Below, one piece after another: positions 39,170 to 51,790 of a DNA stretch of 64,000 nt. Below the pieces are notes generated by a model. That model worked only from the letters and a program-made list of their open reading frames with translations. It was not told the origin of the DNA and did no database searches. The stretch spans positions 42,904,001 through 42,968,000 of the forward strand of contig NC_043007.1 in the NCBI RefSeq assembly GCF_006345805.1, given 5' to 3'. Source of the stretch: Octopus sinensis (lineage: Eukaryota). The position numbers and the translations under genes are program-made. Position 1 is the stretch's first letter, and every line of letters starts with the position of its first letter.

Positions 39170-40240
39170 TATCCCCCTTGATACAACCCCTTAAGACCAA
39201 CCCTGTTTCAGTGACAAAGTTTTTTTATTTTAAAGTGATCCAAATTGAAACTTTCCTTCAAAATTTCACATTAATTTGTTGTAAACTCCAGCTTAATAAT
39301 TGCAAAAATTATTTTACTAAATTCTTCATTACTTTCAAAATTTAATTGAAACAAAATAAAGTATTCAGAGATATGGTAACGAAAGGGTTAAAGTGATCTA
39401 AATTAATACCTTCTTATATCAGAATTTCATGTTAATTTATGTTTTAAATACCAGGTTAATAATGACAGTTATTTTACTAAATTATTCATTATTTTCAAAA
39501 TTAACTGAATCAAAGGCAGTGTATTTTAACAGAAATATGGTAACAAAAGGGTTAATACACCATTCAGATATTAGAGTCGATACTATTGACTCCTCTCAAG
39601 ACTGTTGGTCTTGTACCTAAACCTCTCTCTCTCTCTCTCTCCCCACACACACTGAGCAACAATGAAACTGAATATTCTTGAAATTTCTAACAAATGTTTT
39701 AAAATGCCTGAGATAAATTGTTCTAATTAGACTATGATTTTAAAAACTAATTAACTTCATATTAATCCTTTTGATACCATTCTACGTAGAACTGCCTCTG
39801 GTTCTATGATACAAAGTTTCTGTTTTAAAGTGACCTAGATTTAAATCTAAATTTCATGTTCGTTTAGACAATTTATTAATTTATGTTTTGAATACCAGGT
39901 TAATAACGACAAAGTTATTTTATTAAATTCTTCATTATTTTCAAAATTAAATAAACAAAACCAGTGTATTTTAAAAGAAATATAGTAAGTAAAGATTTAT
40001 ATTTTCTACCATCTTGGAAGTGATGATAAAAAGAACCAGTTTTGTCTTATCCGTTTTGATACCATCCATCTTAGACCACTCCTAGGTCCACAATACAAAA
40101 CTTCCTATGTTAAAGTAATCTAAATAAAATCCTTCTGTCAAAATTTCATATCAGTTTATTTTCCAAGCTCCAGATTAATAATGACAAAGTTATTTTACTA
40201 AATTCTTTATAATTTCCAAAACTAATTGAAAGAAGGCTTG
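39170..40240. mobile_element. cluster of about four piggyBac-like MITE copies
   Basis: aaaggg|TTAA ends at 39391 and 39555, TTAA|tcctttt at 39762, shared ttattttactaaattcttcatt body; another copy at about 47505-47735. Confidence 0.6.
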
Positions 40241-40887
40241 TGCTTTGTGAGGCCACCCTGACACCTTATGCTATTATTTATCTCTTACAACTCCTACTGA
40301 TCGTTTCTTCTTTCTCTTTCTTCCCCTCCCCTAATAGATGTGAGTTGCCCTACAGAAGCCTTTACAGGAACCTACTCTATCCCCAACCTTTCGTAGTATT
40401 CCCCTTGTCCCCTAGCATGATACTGATCCTCCTACCTCTCCCAGGGTCCTTAGTCCTGTGAGTTGCATGACAATCCCAATAGTGCAGGTGGCACAAAAAA
40501 CACCCAGTCTATGCTGTAAAGTGGTAGGCATTAGGAAGGGTATCCAACTGTAGAAGCCATGCCAAAGCTGACATTGAAGCTTGATTTAACCCTGGGACTC
40601 ATCAGATCCTATCAATCCATCCAACCCATGCCAGCTTGGAACATGGATGTTAAATGATAATGATGAATGGTGAATTCCCCAAACAGTCAGAGAAGGTTAA
40701 ATGTAAATGTAATTGAGAATTTCAGTAAAAACTGTCTCCCACTTTTAATCATTGATCAAAGTAATTATTTAAACAAAGATGATTGATATAACAGTCTTTA
40801 CAAGCTAATTTGATAATCTCATTTCTAACATGTCAGTGTCCATTGAATAAGTTGTTAACCAGATTCTCTGATTTTTTTTATTCGCAG

Positions 40888-40925
40888 CTTCAAAAGTTAG
40901 TGCCTCATCAGTAGGAAATCCACCA
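40888..40925 (+). CDS. ERLEC1: ERLEC1 exon 6 (38-nt exon)
   Basis: ttttttattcgcag / GTAAGT; SSKVSASSVGNPP; converts phase 1 to phase 0 exactly as the flanking exons require. Confidence 0.75.
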
Positions 40926-42282
40926 GTAAGTATCAAAAGACATACTAAAGTATCTAATTCTGTTTGTTTCTGTGTTAGGGTGTTACACATCCAGCATAAT
41001 TCTTAAACACATTGCTTTTATATAAGAAAGAATGTGTGGAATGTTTTTTTTTTTATCCACTTCTTTATTCTTGCATGGCTGTGTGCTGAAGAAGCTTGCT
41101 TCTTAGCAATGTGGTTCCAGGTTCAGTACCACAGCATAGAATCTTGGGCAAGTGTCTTCTACAATAGCCCCAAACCAGCCAAAATCTTATGACTGAATTT
41201 GATACACAGAAACTAAGAAGCCTAGTGTGTGTATATGTGTGTGTGTGTCATTTAGTAAATACTGGATTTAAATATGAGCAACTATAAGTATCATGCTCCT
41301 ATAGTACTGTAATCAGATGAGCTTGTATAACCATGTATTATCCTATAATATTCCAAGCTCAAAGCACATAATATGAGGTCATCTCATTAATCCACCATCA
41401 GAGTATGAAACTTATTGTAGCTTGCATATAAATCCTGTGCTTATTGAGATATTAATCTCTTATTGAATGGAATATTTTTGGTGTTGATCCTATCAATAAC
41501 AGAACAGTGCCTTATACAAGCATGTATATAATTTAGTTGTCTAAGAATCTATGGATCAGATGAATTTATGAAACATTCTATATATATATTCTTAATATAT
41601 ATTATCATCATTTAGCATCCCTTTTCCTGTGAGGGCATGGGTCAAGCCATTCGACAAGAAAAGATGTGCTAGGTTTTATTTCTACTTTGGTATGGTTTCT
41701 GCTGCTGGATGCAGAAAAAGAGAGATGTGAGGTCAAGGTACAAGGTGAATATAAGAGACAGAATAGGATAAATTAATGTGACAGATGATCAGAGATAGGG
41801 AATAAGTTGAACGTGGAAAATATCAGCTCGCTGAGGTGAAGTGAAGGAAGTAAGTAGGTTAACATGGAAGATTGATGGAAAAGGGGGTGCTAGAAGATGA
41901 GCTAAATGCTTTAAATAAGGTCAAAAAAGTGCCTTTGAATGCAAACTTTAGAAACTTCATGGCAATAATTTATTATTTTACATTTTGAAAAAGTGGATGA
42001 TAGTATTTTCTATGGAAGAACTATTGAACTACCAATATATACAAAAATGAATTGTACAAGTCAATAGTTGTCACCTAGTCCAATCAGTGTTTGGCCTCTC
42101 ATTGCTAATGTAACCATTGTTTAGTTTCCTTGGAATTTATCTTTATGTGAAAGACTCTGTACTCATCATTACCATTACTGTTATTGTCATCATCTGTTTG
42201 TTTGCTAACCACTCTACTAATTTCTTATTCCATGAACCTTGTGGCTGTTGATTGATAGTTGCTTATTTTGTTCTCATTCTAG

Positions 42283-42501
42283 GTACACACACGAAAAGTT
42301 GATGGTCTTGACTTACCTTACTTCCAAGTAAACATAACTGATGGTACAGTTTGTGACCTGACTGGAGGACCAAGACAGGCAGCTATTCTTTATGTGTGCC
42401 AACCAGAAGGCCGAGGGGAAATCTTTGAAATGAAAGAAGTATCCACATGTGAATATGAAATTATTGTGCTCACATCAGTTCTCTGTAGCCACCCAGATTT
42501 T

Positions 42502-42503
<2 letters not shown>
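42283..42503 (+). CDS. ERLEC1: ERLEC1 exon 7 (MRH1 C-terminal half)
   Basis: VHTRKVDGLDLPYFQVNITDGTVCDLTGGPRQAAILYVCQPEGRGEIFEMKEVSTCEYEIIVLTSVLCSHPDF; cattctag / GTAAGT, phase 2. Confidence 0.96.
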
Positions 42504-42535
<32 letters not shown>

Positions 42536-43251
42536 TCTTCCTCCCTCCCCGAAAGAATATGACTATGTCAATAAGGTTCTGAACTACAGCATATGAAGTT
42601 GGTGGTTTGAATTGCAGTCATCATTGTTGCATATATGAGTGTTTGTCTTTATCCAACACTTTTCTCTCCATCGTTATCATAATTTTGACATCCACTTTTC
42701 CATGCTTGCATGGATCAGATGGAATTCATTGAGGCAGACTTTTTTATGGCTAAGACGCCTTTCTTGTCACCAACTTTTACCTGCTTCCAAGAAAAGTTAT
42801 ATTTCCTCATGGCCTGACATGTTTTTCACCAAAGATTGAAAATGTGCAATGTCTGTATCACAGTTGCTCATTCACAGCCATCACAAAATATCAAGGCAAG
42901 AATACACAACAGCTGAAACCAGTTAAAGAATATATAAAATTCTAAATAATTAATAGCTTTCTTTTCTAACACCAGAACTCGTCTGTGTCTTTTACAAATT
43001 ACCACTTGAGACTTAACTGAAACAAGACAGTAAAAATGAAGTAAAGGATGAAAAAGAGAGACAGGAAAAAAAGTGGAATAATACAGCATAAAATGACAAT
43101 ATGTGTGTGTGTGTTTCTGTTTTAGTAAACACAGAATGCAACCAGCTAGATTTAATCTCTGGTTCATCTACAATAAGTTAAAATATTCTCTCTCTTGCTC
43201 TCTCTCTCTCTCTCAAAACTATAATTCTGTATTCCTGTTATTCAATTCTAG

Positions 43252-43378
43252 ACCCAAGAATCCACATATTGGCAAGATAAATTGCCATTCTGTTGAAGGT
43301 GCTCCAGTGCGTCCTGTAAATATGGACCGTTTGGCTGAGGAAAATCGATATGGTCTTCCTTTTGAAGATGAAGCTAAT
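43252..43378 (+). CDS. ERLEC1: ERLEC1 exon 8
   Basis: PKNPHIGKINCHSVEGAPVRPVNMDRLAEENRYGLPFEDEAN resembles VNDIFCQSLPGSPFKP; caattctag / GTAAGC. Confidence 0.9.
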
Positions 43379-43544
43379 GTAAGCAAGGCATTAACCTTTT
43401 TTATGTAATTTCTTTTGCTTCCAAATTAATGATCTTCCTTTGACCCACTTGTCTGCAACAACTGAGTTTAACCCTTTAGTATTCAGATTACTGTCAAAGG
43501 TAATGTTTATTTGTTCATATTGTTTTGAATGATCGTGGGATTGC

Positions 43545-43810
43545 ACCTAGAAATTTTCCCTCCAAGACACAAGGTTGTTTATGGAAGACCAGCAATCATC
43601 CATGCATACCACCCTCTCCTCTCCATGATGCTGATGTTATCCAAGGGAAAGGCAAAGGCTGGTACAGCTTGGCACCAATGACATGACAAGTCATTTCTAC
43701 AGCTGAGTGAACTGAAGCAATGTGAAATAAAGTGTCTTGTTCAAGGACACAACACACAGCTCAATTCAGGAATCAAACTCACAACCTCAAACCACTGAGC
43801 CATGCACCCT
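43545..43810 (-). mobile_element. tRNA-derived SINE (family C)
   Basis: - strand B-box-like ggttgtgagtttgattcc followed by tgtgtccttgaacaagacactttatttcac central domain. Confidence 0.65.
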
Positions 43811-44119
43811 GAATTAATCATGCTTTATGTTGTAGCTTCAAGATTTTGAAGAGGAGATCATTCATTTTTAGAATGACATTGTAGAGTAAGTGTGAGAGGC
43901 TGGATCTGGCCAATTTGAACATAAAACAGGTAGAATATTTGGGTCTGTTATGGCTAAGGGTCAAACTCTAAAATCACATAATTATCCCTACACTTCTTAT
44001 TGAAAGACGACTGACACATAGTCACAGTTACATATAAACATATATGCTTTGGGTCAATCCAAGTCTTATAAGTGAAATTGAGTAGATGGAAACTATGTAG
44101 AAGGCCATATCCCTCCATC

Positions 44120-44370
44120 CTATACTGCACTCAGTAGAGGAGTTTTATCTTGCAGGTACTTAGTGACCTCACGGGTACTGGGACCACATAAAAAGCACCC
44201 AGTACACTCTGTTAAGTAGTTGACTGTAGGAAAGCCGTCCATTTGAAGAAACCATACCAAAGCAGATGTAAAACCTGGTGTAGCCCTCTGGCTCATCTGT
44301 TCTTGTTGAACTGTCCAACCCATGCCAGCATGGAAGAGGGAACATTAAATGATGATGATGATGATGATGA
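44120..44370 (+). mobile_element. SINE/RTE-tail copy
   Basis: aaaaagcaccc..ccaacccatgccagcatggaa..(GAT)n; similar copies at 22350-22475, 40480-40645, 47040-47400. Confidence 0.75.
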
Positions 44371-46415
44371 CAATAATGTGTCTGCGGAATGATAAACCAC
44401 TTATATGCCAATTCAATTGTTGAAAACAGTGGATATCTAGTTTTACACATTTATATATCTGTGTGAGTGTGTGCATGCATACTGATGTATATACATAAAT
44501 ACACACAATATATATATATCCATACACATATATAAACATATACAAATGCATTTACTCACATATACATATGTTACAAAGAAGAACACTGAAATCTGTTTGA
44601 GATTTTTTATGAAAAAATATTTATTCTTATCATAAACAAGATGTTAATAAGAACAACAGAACACTGAGAGTGTTTGATGATTATTATTTGTGGATTGGTG
44701 TAATTGTGGCAGCAGTTAAAATTTTAGTTGGTCCTTGTGTTACTGTTACCATTCATCCATTGTGGTTAGCTGTTGATTGTGCTACTGTCTTCTGATGTCT
44801 CTGATTTACTGTCTGTTTATTGTTTTTGTGTTGATCCAGTGTTTGGTAAACCATCTGTGTACTGCAATCCTTTATGATTGGTCTTATGTCTACCATCCAC
44901 TGTTTGTCATAGTAGTTAGGGTGCACTGGATATGTAGTGATGGTTAGGCTCAGAAAGATGCATGCCAAAAATGTAATTGTTGTTGGAGCCAATTCCACAT
45001 GAAGTCTTGATTGGTCTGATTTGTTTTTATGATATAGGTAATATTGTAGCAAATCACAACCTCAGCTATAGTGATCTGATTGCTAAATATTCCTGTTACA
45101 TGACTCTCCTGCCAATGAAAATGTTCATTCACAATGAATCGAATGAAATGATGAGAACAATGCAGGAATTGCAGATGTGAAGTATTGAAAGGAGCATGCA
45201 TTAGAAAAGGATGAATGCAAGACTAAAAATGTTGGTTGAGTTGCATAGGTGGGGAGCAGCTCATCTAGCTGAAAAGAGCTAGAGCACTATCAGAAGATAT
45301 TTTTCATGCACAATGCAGTGCTGTCTTGTGCACGAAGTACTTGTACAAGCATGTGCTGTAAAAACCAGTTATTTGAAATAAACTCAAAATGAATGCTATG
45401 CAAGAGAAATCAGAAATGTTAAATGTTAGCCCAGAGTATAATTATAAAAGTACTAAGAAAGATGATCTGAAGAGGATATGTGTATGTATGTGAGCCAGAT
45501 GAGTGCAGCTAAATGTGTAACTGAGTGAGTGACTCATACATAGACATGTGCATGTACACTGGTGAGTCAGTGTAGTGTCTACCAGTGGGTCAGCAGTTGC
45601 ATATTCATGTGCATTTGAGCATGTGCATTTGCATTGAAATCTACTGATTTGGTATTGTGAACCTGTTCAGCTATTTCCAAGCTTAGAGACATAAGCAGCT
45701 GAAGTAGGTTGGCATCTTCTAACCATAGTAATTTTATGTCTACTGCTAGCAATGTGTTTGTAAGTGTTTGTGTGCATGCTATGCATTTTATAGTGTGTGC
45801 AATGTAAATGTATTCAGATGTACGTATGGGATGCACATTTATGTGTTTAGTAGTGTATGAACAGAGAAGAAAGAAAGAGCAAATATGTAAAGTCAGTGTA
45901 GCATCGACAGACCAAGCATATGCAAATGTATGTGCAGGCCTGGGCAAGAATTTTTGAGGAAGACTAGCAGTTACCCATGCAGGCAAGTTTCCCTTCTCCA
46001 CATCACCAATCTTTATCCAAAAGAAAAGCTACCAACTTGGGTGAATACAGCTTGGCATCAGTGTCATCACAGGTGTTACTGTCTGAATGTAATTAGCCAG
46101 AACAGATTCTGTAAGGAATATTGCTTGACCCTCTAACAATCTTAACTATTCACTTTGGAAAAATTTGGACTCGGTACAGAGTCAGAATTAATAATACTGC
46201 ATGGCAATCTATCCAACAATCTAATGACTCCACCAATGTGCCATCTTGTGATTGAGACTTGGTAGATGAAAACTGTGCAAAAACCATTGTATATCATCAT
46301 AATTTTATGTCCAATTTCTCTACTGATATGATCTGAATCATCATGATTAATTTTGGGGACCACATTTCACTTGTACTTTGTATGATATCATTATATAATT
46401 TTTTTGTTTGTTCAG

Positions 46416-46598
46416 GTATTTGACAAATCAAGCCTCTTCAAGATAAATTTACATGACAAAAGGAAATTCACACAGAAAACTGAGGTGTATGATCAGAAAA
46501 CAAAGATAACCATGTCGACAGGAAATGGTGGTATAGGACTAGCTACAGATGAACAGACCATCAGAGATTTCCTCAGTGGAACAGATTGTCTGAAAGGT
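46416..46598 (+). CDS. ERLEC1: ERLEC1 exon 9
   Basis: ends TDEQTIRDFLSGTDCLKG, resembling TDDQLIKEFLSGSYCFRG; tttgttcag / GTATGT. Confidence 0.92.
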
Positions 46599-47830
46599 GT
46601 ATGTAAAACATTTAATTCTTTACAATGCTTCAAATATATTCACATTTCTGATCACAGCTCTTGTCTTGGCAAACTGACTTTAATATAAACAAGATTCAGA
46701 AGAAAGTTAATGGATTGTTTTAAGCTGTGCCTTACCAAAAATCTTTACTCTTTGGGTTATTACAATACTATGTCTTCTCCAATTCATTTGTTATACTATT
46801 TCATCAATGCAGTTTTATACTAATCTCTTCAAATTTGAGTCATTATTAGAAATAGGCACCAGATCATAAATCAAGTGTTTGCTCTATCTTACTACTCTGC
46901 ACTATCTTCAGTACATTCTGACAAGTTATTTCTCATTATAATTATCTCCAATACAATGCTTATCATTGTCATATTCATCACTATCTCTGTCAACATCGTT
47001 AGGATCATTATTATCATCAATATCCCGTTCTGGTGGCCCATAAAAAGCACCTTTCAAGTGTTGGGCTTCACAGAGGCTATGTAGCTGATGCTGGTGTCAT
47101 GTAACTAGAACCTATGTAAAAAGCACCTTCTGAACACCAGGCCTCACAGAGGCAATGACAAATGATATGCTTGAGAAGAAGACCCATCAAGCTAAGTGAA
47201 ATCATAGTTGTGGCAGATACTGGTCTTATGCCAACTGACATCCATTACACTCATGGAGTGGTTGGTGTTAGGAAGGACATCCACCTGTAAAAACAATGCC
47301 AAATCAAACTAGAGTCTGGTGCAGTACCTCAGCTTACTAGCCCTGGTCAAACTGTCCAACCCATGCCAGCATGGAGAAGGGATATTAAATGATGATGATG
47401 AATAGTCTAATGTTCCGCTTTTGATTTGTCCATTGTCATTGGATGTTCAAGTCCAAACCAGTTGACTAGTCTCCCTCTCACAGTATTTATTTTTTACCAA
47501 AGCTTAACTGTTTTGATACCAGCCTACCCTCAGGGACCACCTGTGGTTCTATGAAACAAAACTACCTATATTAAAATTATCATATTTAAATTAAAATCTT
47601 CCTCCATAATTTTATGTGAACTCCTTTAGCTAAGTTGATTTCCAAACACCATTTTAATAAAATGTCTCTTTAAATTTTTTTCATTCTTTTCATAATTAAT
47701 AATTAAAATATAAGTACAAAAGGGTTTAGTATAGATTTTTTTATCAACTGGTCTATCTATTTGTCCTAAAGTAGAAATACATTAGATGTTTCGCTATACT
47801 TCATCTGAAACTATTCTCATTATTTCACAG

Positions 47831-47890
47831 GGTGCTGGATGGTGGAAACATGAATTTTGTTATGGCAAATATGTTCGGCAATATCATGAC
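47831..47890 (+). CDS. ERLEC1: ERLEC1 exon 10 (MRH2 start)
   Basis: GAGWWKHEFCYGKYVRQYHD; tttcacag / GTAAGT. Confidence 0.96.
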
Positions 47891-48119
47891 GTAAGTTTGT
47901 TCCTGCCATCCTATTCTGTCTTCTGCTTTATAAGCTCCTCATTTTGTGCTTTTGTCTTCTTTTATATTTTACCTTTCCTTCTCTCACTTTTTCTCATTTA
48001 ACATTTATTTTATTTTTCTACTTTTTCATCTTTACTTTTCTACTATCTTGTTTCTATAACATTGTTGCCATTGGTAAAAAGTATTTGACTTATACTGTAT
48101 TAATTCTTCTTTAATATAG

Positions 48120-48229
48120 GGCAATGATGGACGTACTGTTATAACTCTTGGTCACTGGAGGCTTGACAAACATTTACAGTGGTTGCATGCTAATCCTTTA
48201 AAAAAACCAAAACCAATAGGAAAGAGAAG
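48120..48229 (+). CDS. ERLEC1: ERLEC1 exon 11
   Basis: GNDGRTVITLGHWRLDKHLQWLHANPLKKPKPIGKR resembles GKTSVVVGTWNQEEHIEW; taatatag / GTGATT, phase 2. Confidence 0.9.
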
Positions 48230-48679
48230 GTGATTCCACTTCAAAACACATTTTGGAAATTTTTAACTAAAATAAAGTTCTTTACTTTTGTAGAGATCTG
48301 TTTATTTTTATCAATAAAATATTTTAAGGGTTGAAACATAGAAAGTAAATGACCCTACACATTCTTTGTCATCCATGCTGCACCTATTCTACACATCATA
48401 CCATGCCTGTTACAAAACAGTTTTAAAAGCATTTAATTTTTACACAATACACACACATTCCACTCTATATGCATCTTAAGCCAATAATGAAATTTCTATG
48501 CTCAATGTGCTAGAAATAGCAGTCAAATCTCAATCTCCTTCAAACTACTGTCTTAAAACAGGATAGATACATTGGATAACATAGTCCTATATGTACTATG
48601 TCTAAAGACAAAGGACAGGATTGCTGAACTGGAATAATTAGTAGGTCTGTTCATTCAGTTAACTTGGGATTAAACATCA

Positions 48680-48728
<49 letters not shown>

Positions 48729-50013
48729 GCTTCTCAAGCTGCACTGTAGTAGTCAAGGTGTGTTGTGTGGAATATATATATATTACTTTCACAGTACACA
48801 ACACAACATTCTGTGACTTACATAATAGCCAATTTACTGCTAACTTCTCAAGCATAATCAAGGCAAAACCAGTGGCATAGAATGGGGTGTGTAAGCCACA
48901 CAGGGTCTCCATTTTATAAATGTGTTTACTATGATGAAAAGTATGTTGCATTTAAGTGAGGGGGTGGCCAATATGGCTACTATACAGGGTGATCAAAACT
49001 TGTGCTATGCCACTGGCATGATCTGTTTTAAAGCAAAGTAGAGCTATATTACTTATACAAAGTTATAAGCAATGGTTTTGCAAGATTTGTTCTCATGATA
49101 GTAGTGTTCTGGTTTGATTTATTTGGCTGGATAAAGAATATACTCAATGCTGACATAACAGTATTCACCCAAAGCAAAACAAGCTAGTAGTATATATCAC
49201 TGGATTTCTCAACTTGAAATAATATATGTGTATATTTGTGTATATATTATTATTATTTTACATATAGCAAGCACTGATGATCAGTTCCTTCATCAGCTGT
49301 TGACTGGCAGTCACAATAATTTCAATATTTATCTAAACAAACAGTGATTTATGAGTGCTAAAGAGTACCTCATTTACTGTTAAAGAAGCCAATATATTTC
49401 AAGAAAACTTCAGCCTTGGTTATGATTAAATTCTCCGGAGAGCTTAGTCTCAGAGTAGTGTTCAGTCTTTTGTTTTTGATAGTAAAGTGATAAACAAGAT
49501 GTAGGAACAGCAGTAGTAGATGTACCTACTGCCCTTCATCTATACATGCTCTCATCTTGTAATTTAATATTGCTACTATTTGTTATTCACAGAGTACTGA
49601 TAACTGACAACTATATGAGAAGTTAAAGATTCATATCCTTTACTTCCACTGAATTATGTCTTTGACCTAAGAAATTTAATTCTTTGAAGGTGAAATCTAC
49701 TTTTCTCTGAGTTTTAAAAAGTACAGTAGACTGTTGCAGACAGCAACTGCATTGTAAAATTGCAAAAATTGTTTGGTACCATGTTGTGGTTGGTTCACTT
49801 CCTCTTAGAGGGAAGAATATGAGTCCTATTCAGGAGCACATTTATCTCTGATTTGTTTAATGCTGTAGAAAAGCATGATATACACCAATTCAGTGTATTA
49901 TTAAGATGAGAGAAAGGATTATCTAATTGTTTCTGATATTCATTGCTGTTTCTTTTCTCTGCTTTATTCAGTTTCTTTATCACAGGAGTGTTTCTTCTCT
50001 CTTCTATTCATAG

Positions 50014-50091
50014 GAGTATTTCCCTACTCTATACTGACGGAGACTTCTGTGAAGCCAATGGAAAGAAGAGAATTGTTGAAGTTAAATTAAA
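50014..50091 (+). CDS. ERLEC1: ERLEC1 exon 12
   Basis: SISLLYTDGDFCEANGKKRIVEVKL resembles [24 protein letters not shown]; attcatag / GTAAGT. Confidence 0.93.
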
Positions 50092-50199
50092 GTAAGTTAT
50101 TTTTCAAAATATATCAATGATACAGCTTCATAAAACTTTTTTTTTTGCCAAGGACGTTTTCTATTTTTTATCAAGCATTGTTATTCATTTGAAATTGAG

Positions 50200-50650
50200 A
50201 TTAGAGAGGATATACCAAGCATGGAAGCAAAAACCTAGTATCAAGAGGTCTTAAGGTAAATTTAGCAAAGACAAAAGTTTTAGTAAGTGGGAAAGAAGAC
50301 AGGACTCTGGTGTCTTAGGGGAAACGATCTTGCTCAATATGCAGATAAGGATTCCATACACTGAGCCCAATGTAAGCTATGAATACACAAGGGATGCAGC
50401 AAAATCCCAGGCAAACTAAGAGAAAACATAAGCTTCATATATGATAAATGCACTGGAGCAAACCAGAAATAGATTCTCTTAAATGCCCAGATGGCTCATT
50501 AGAAGTAGCTGATAGCTTTAGTTAACAAGGAGACATGATTGGCTAGGGAAGTGGCTGCTCTGAAAGCATAGTAGCCAGAATAAGAATGGGTTGGAGAAAG
50601 TCCATGGAGCCACTGCCTCTTGGTGACAAAAGTCTTTTCCCTCAGTGTGA
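50200..50650 (+). mobile_element. old RTE fragment (post-RT region)
   Basis: WKQNLVSRGLKVNLAKTKVLVS.. with many stops. Confidence 0.7.
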
Positions 50651-50960
50651 GTAGTAGTCTTAATCTGTCACTTTGTTTAACACCATAATTTGGCTATTTA
50701 ATTCTTTTAATACAGTCTACTCTGTTCTAATCATTTAGATTAGGTTTGAAGATATTCATCCATTTCTGCTACTAGTCTCAGGGGTAAAAAGGTCATGGGC
50801 AGTTCTTCTGACTAAACCCTGAAAACAACAATAAAAATATGATTTTGCTTCACTATTATTTCATGTGCTTTTTTAAAAATTATCTCTCTAATATGCCTGT
50901 CATGTAAGACACACTGGCAGTTACATCATCAAAGTTCTACATTTTTACTATTTTACTCAG

Positions 50961-51039
50961 GTGCATTGAAGATTTAAGCAGATCACATTCTTTTGCATTA
51001 TACATCATGGAACCCAAAACTTGCGAATACATTTTAAAT
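50961..51039 (+). CDS. ERLEC1: ERLEC1 exon 13
   Basis: CIEDLSRSHSFALYIMEPKTCEYILN; ttttactcag / GTAAGT. Confidence 0.94.
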
Positions 51040-51609
51040 GTAAGTAAATTAATCTGTTTCCAATGTGTACCTGCTATTCATTTATAAAGATAATAAGTGG
51101 GACATTTTGCAACAATTAACATTCACTGTGTCCCTATATTAACACACAGTTAACATAGGGAGACAGAATTTGATAACAGTGACATTTTGTTGTAGTTATT
51201 GTTCTTTAGCCCTAGACCACCTCTTGTCAACCAGAACTATGAACAAAAACATTCCATCATGCTATTTATGATATTCCCATCTTTGTTATGGTTTTCCCCC
51301 AGATATATTATAATCCAACATGTCCCCCAGATATAACATTATCTAACATATTAAAACAATATGTTGTAATTTGGTTGCTATTTTTTGCATGTTGAGCACT
51401 AATATTGAAGATACCTCATTGGCTTGTGAAATATTTTGTTATAGAACATGGTGGTCGACAAGAAAATAAAGATAAATATGTAATGCAAATGACTTGATAA
51501 ATTTAATTTTTGGCAGGATTTTATATTTTAACAGAAAAATTAATAAAGACTGACAAAATACAGATGGAGGAAAGTTAGGTTTTTTTCCTCTGCACTATTC
51601 CTATACTTG

Positions 51610-51790
51610 TTCACACTGGTGTGCTGTTCACATCAGGTGTACTGTTGACGAATTTCAGGAAGCATGTAGTGTCCTGACAGCTAACAACTGATGTGGGTAG
51701 TTTATTCCATGCTTCAACAATTCTGAGTATGAAAAATGCATCTCTGCTGTCGTATGTATGACACAGTATCTTATGTGCATTTTCTTTATT
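51610..51790 (-). mobile_element. CR1/L2-type LINE 3' end fragment
   Basis: FFILRIVEAWNKLPTSVV, the conserved FF--RV---WN-LP C-terminal motif. Confidence 0.75.

Noticed and set aside
44690-46330. Several 67-140 aa ORFs in ERLEC1 intron 8
   Set aside because: No ERLEC1 similarity or clear domain; probably very old TE debris; gene model is complete without them
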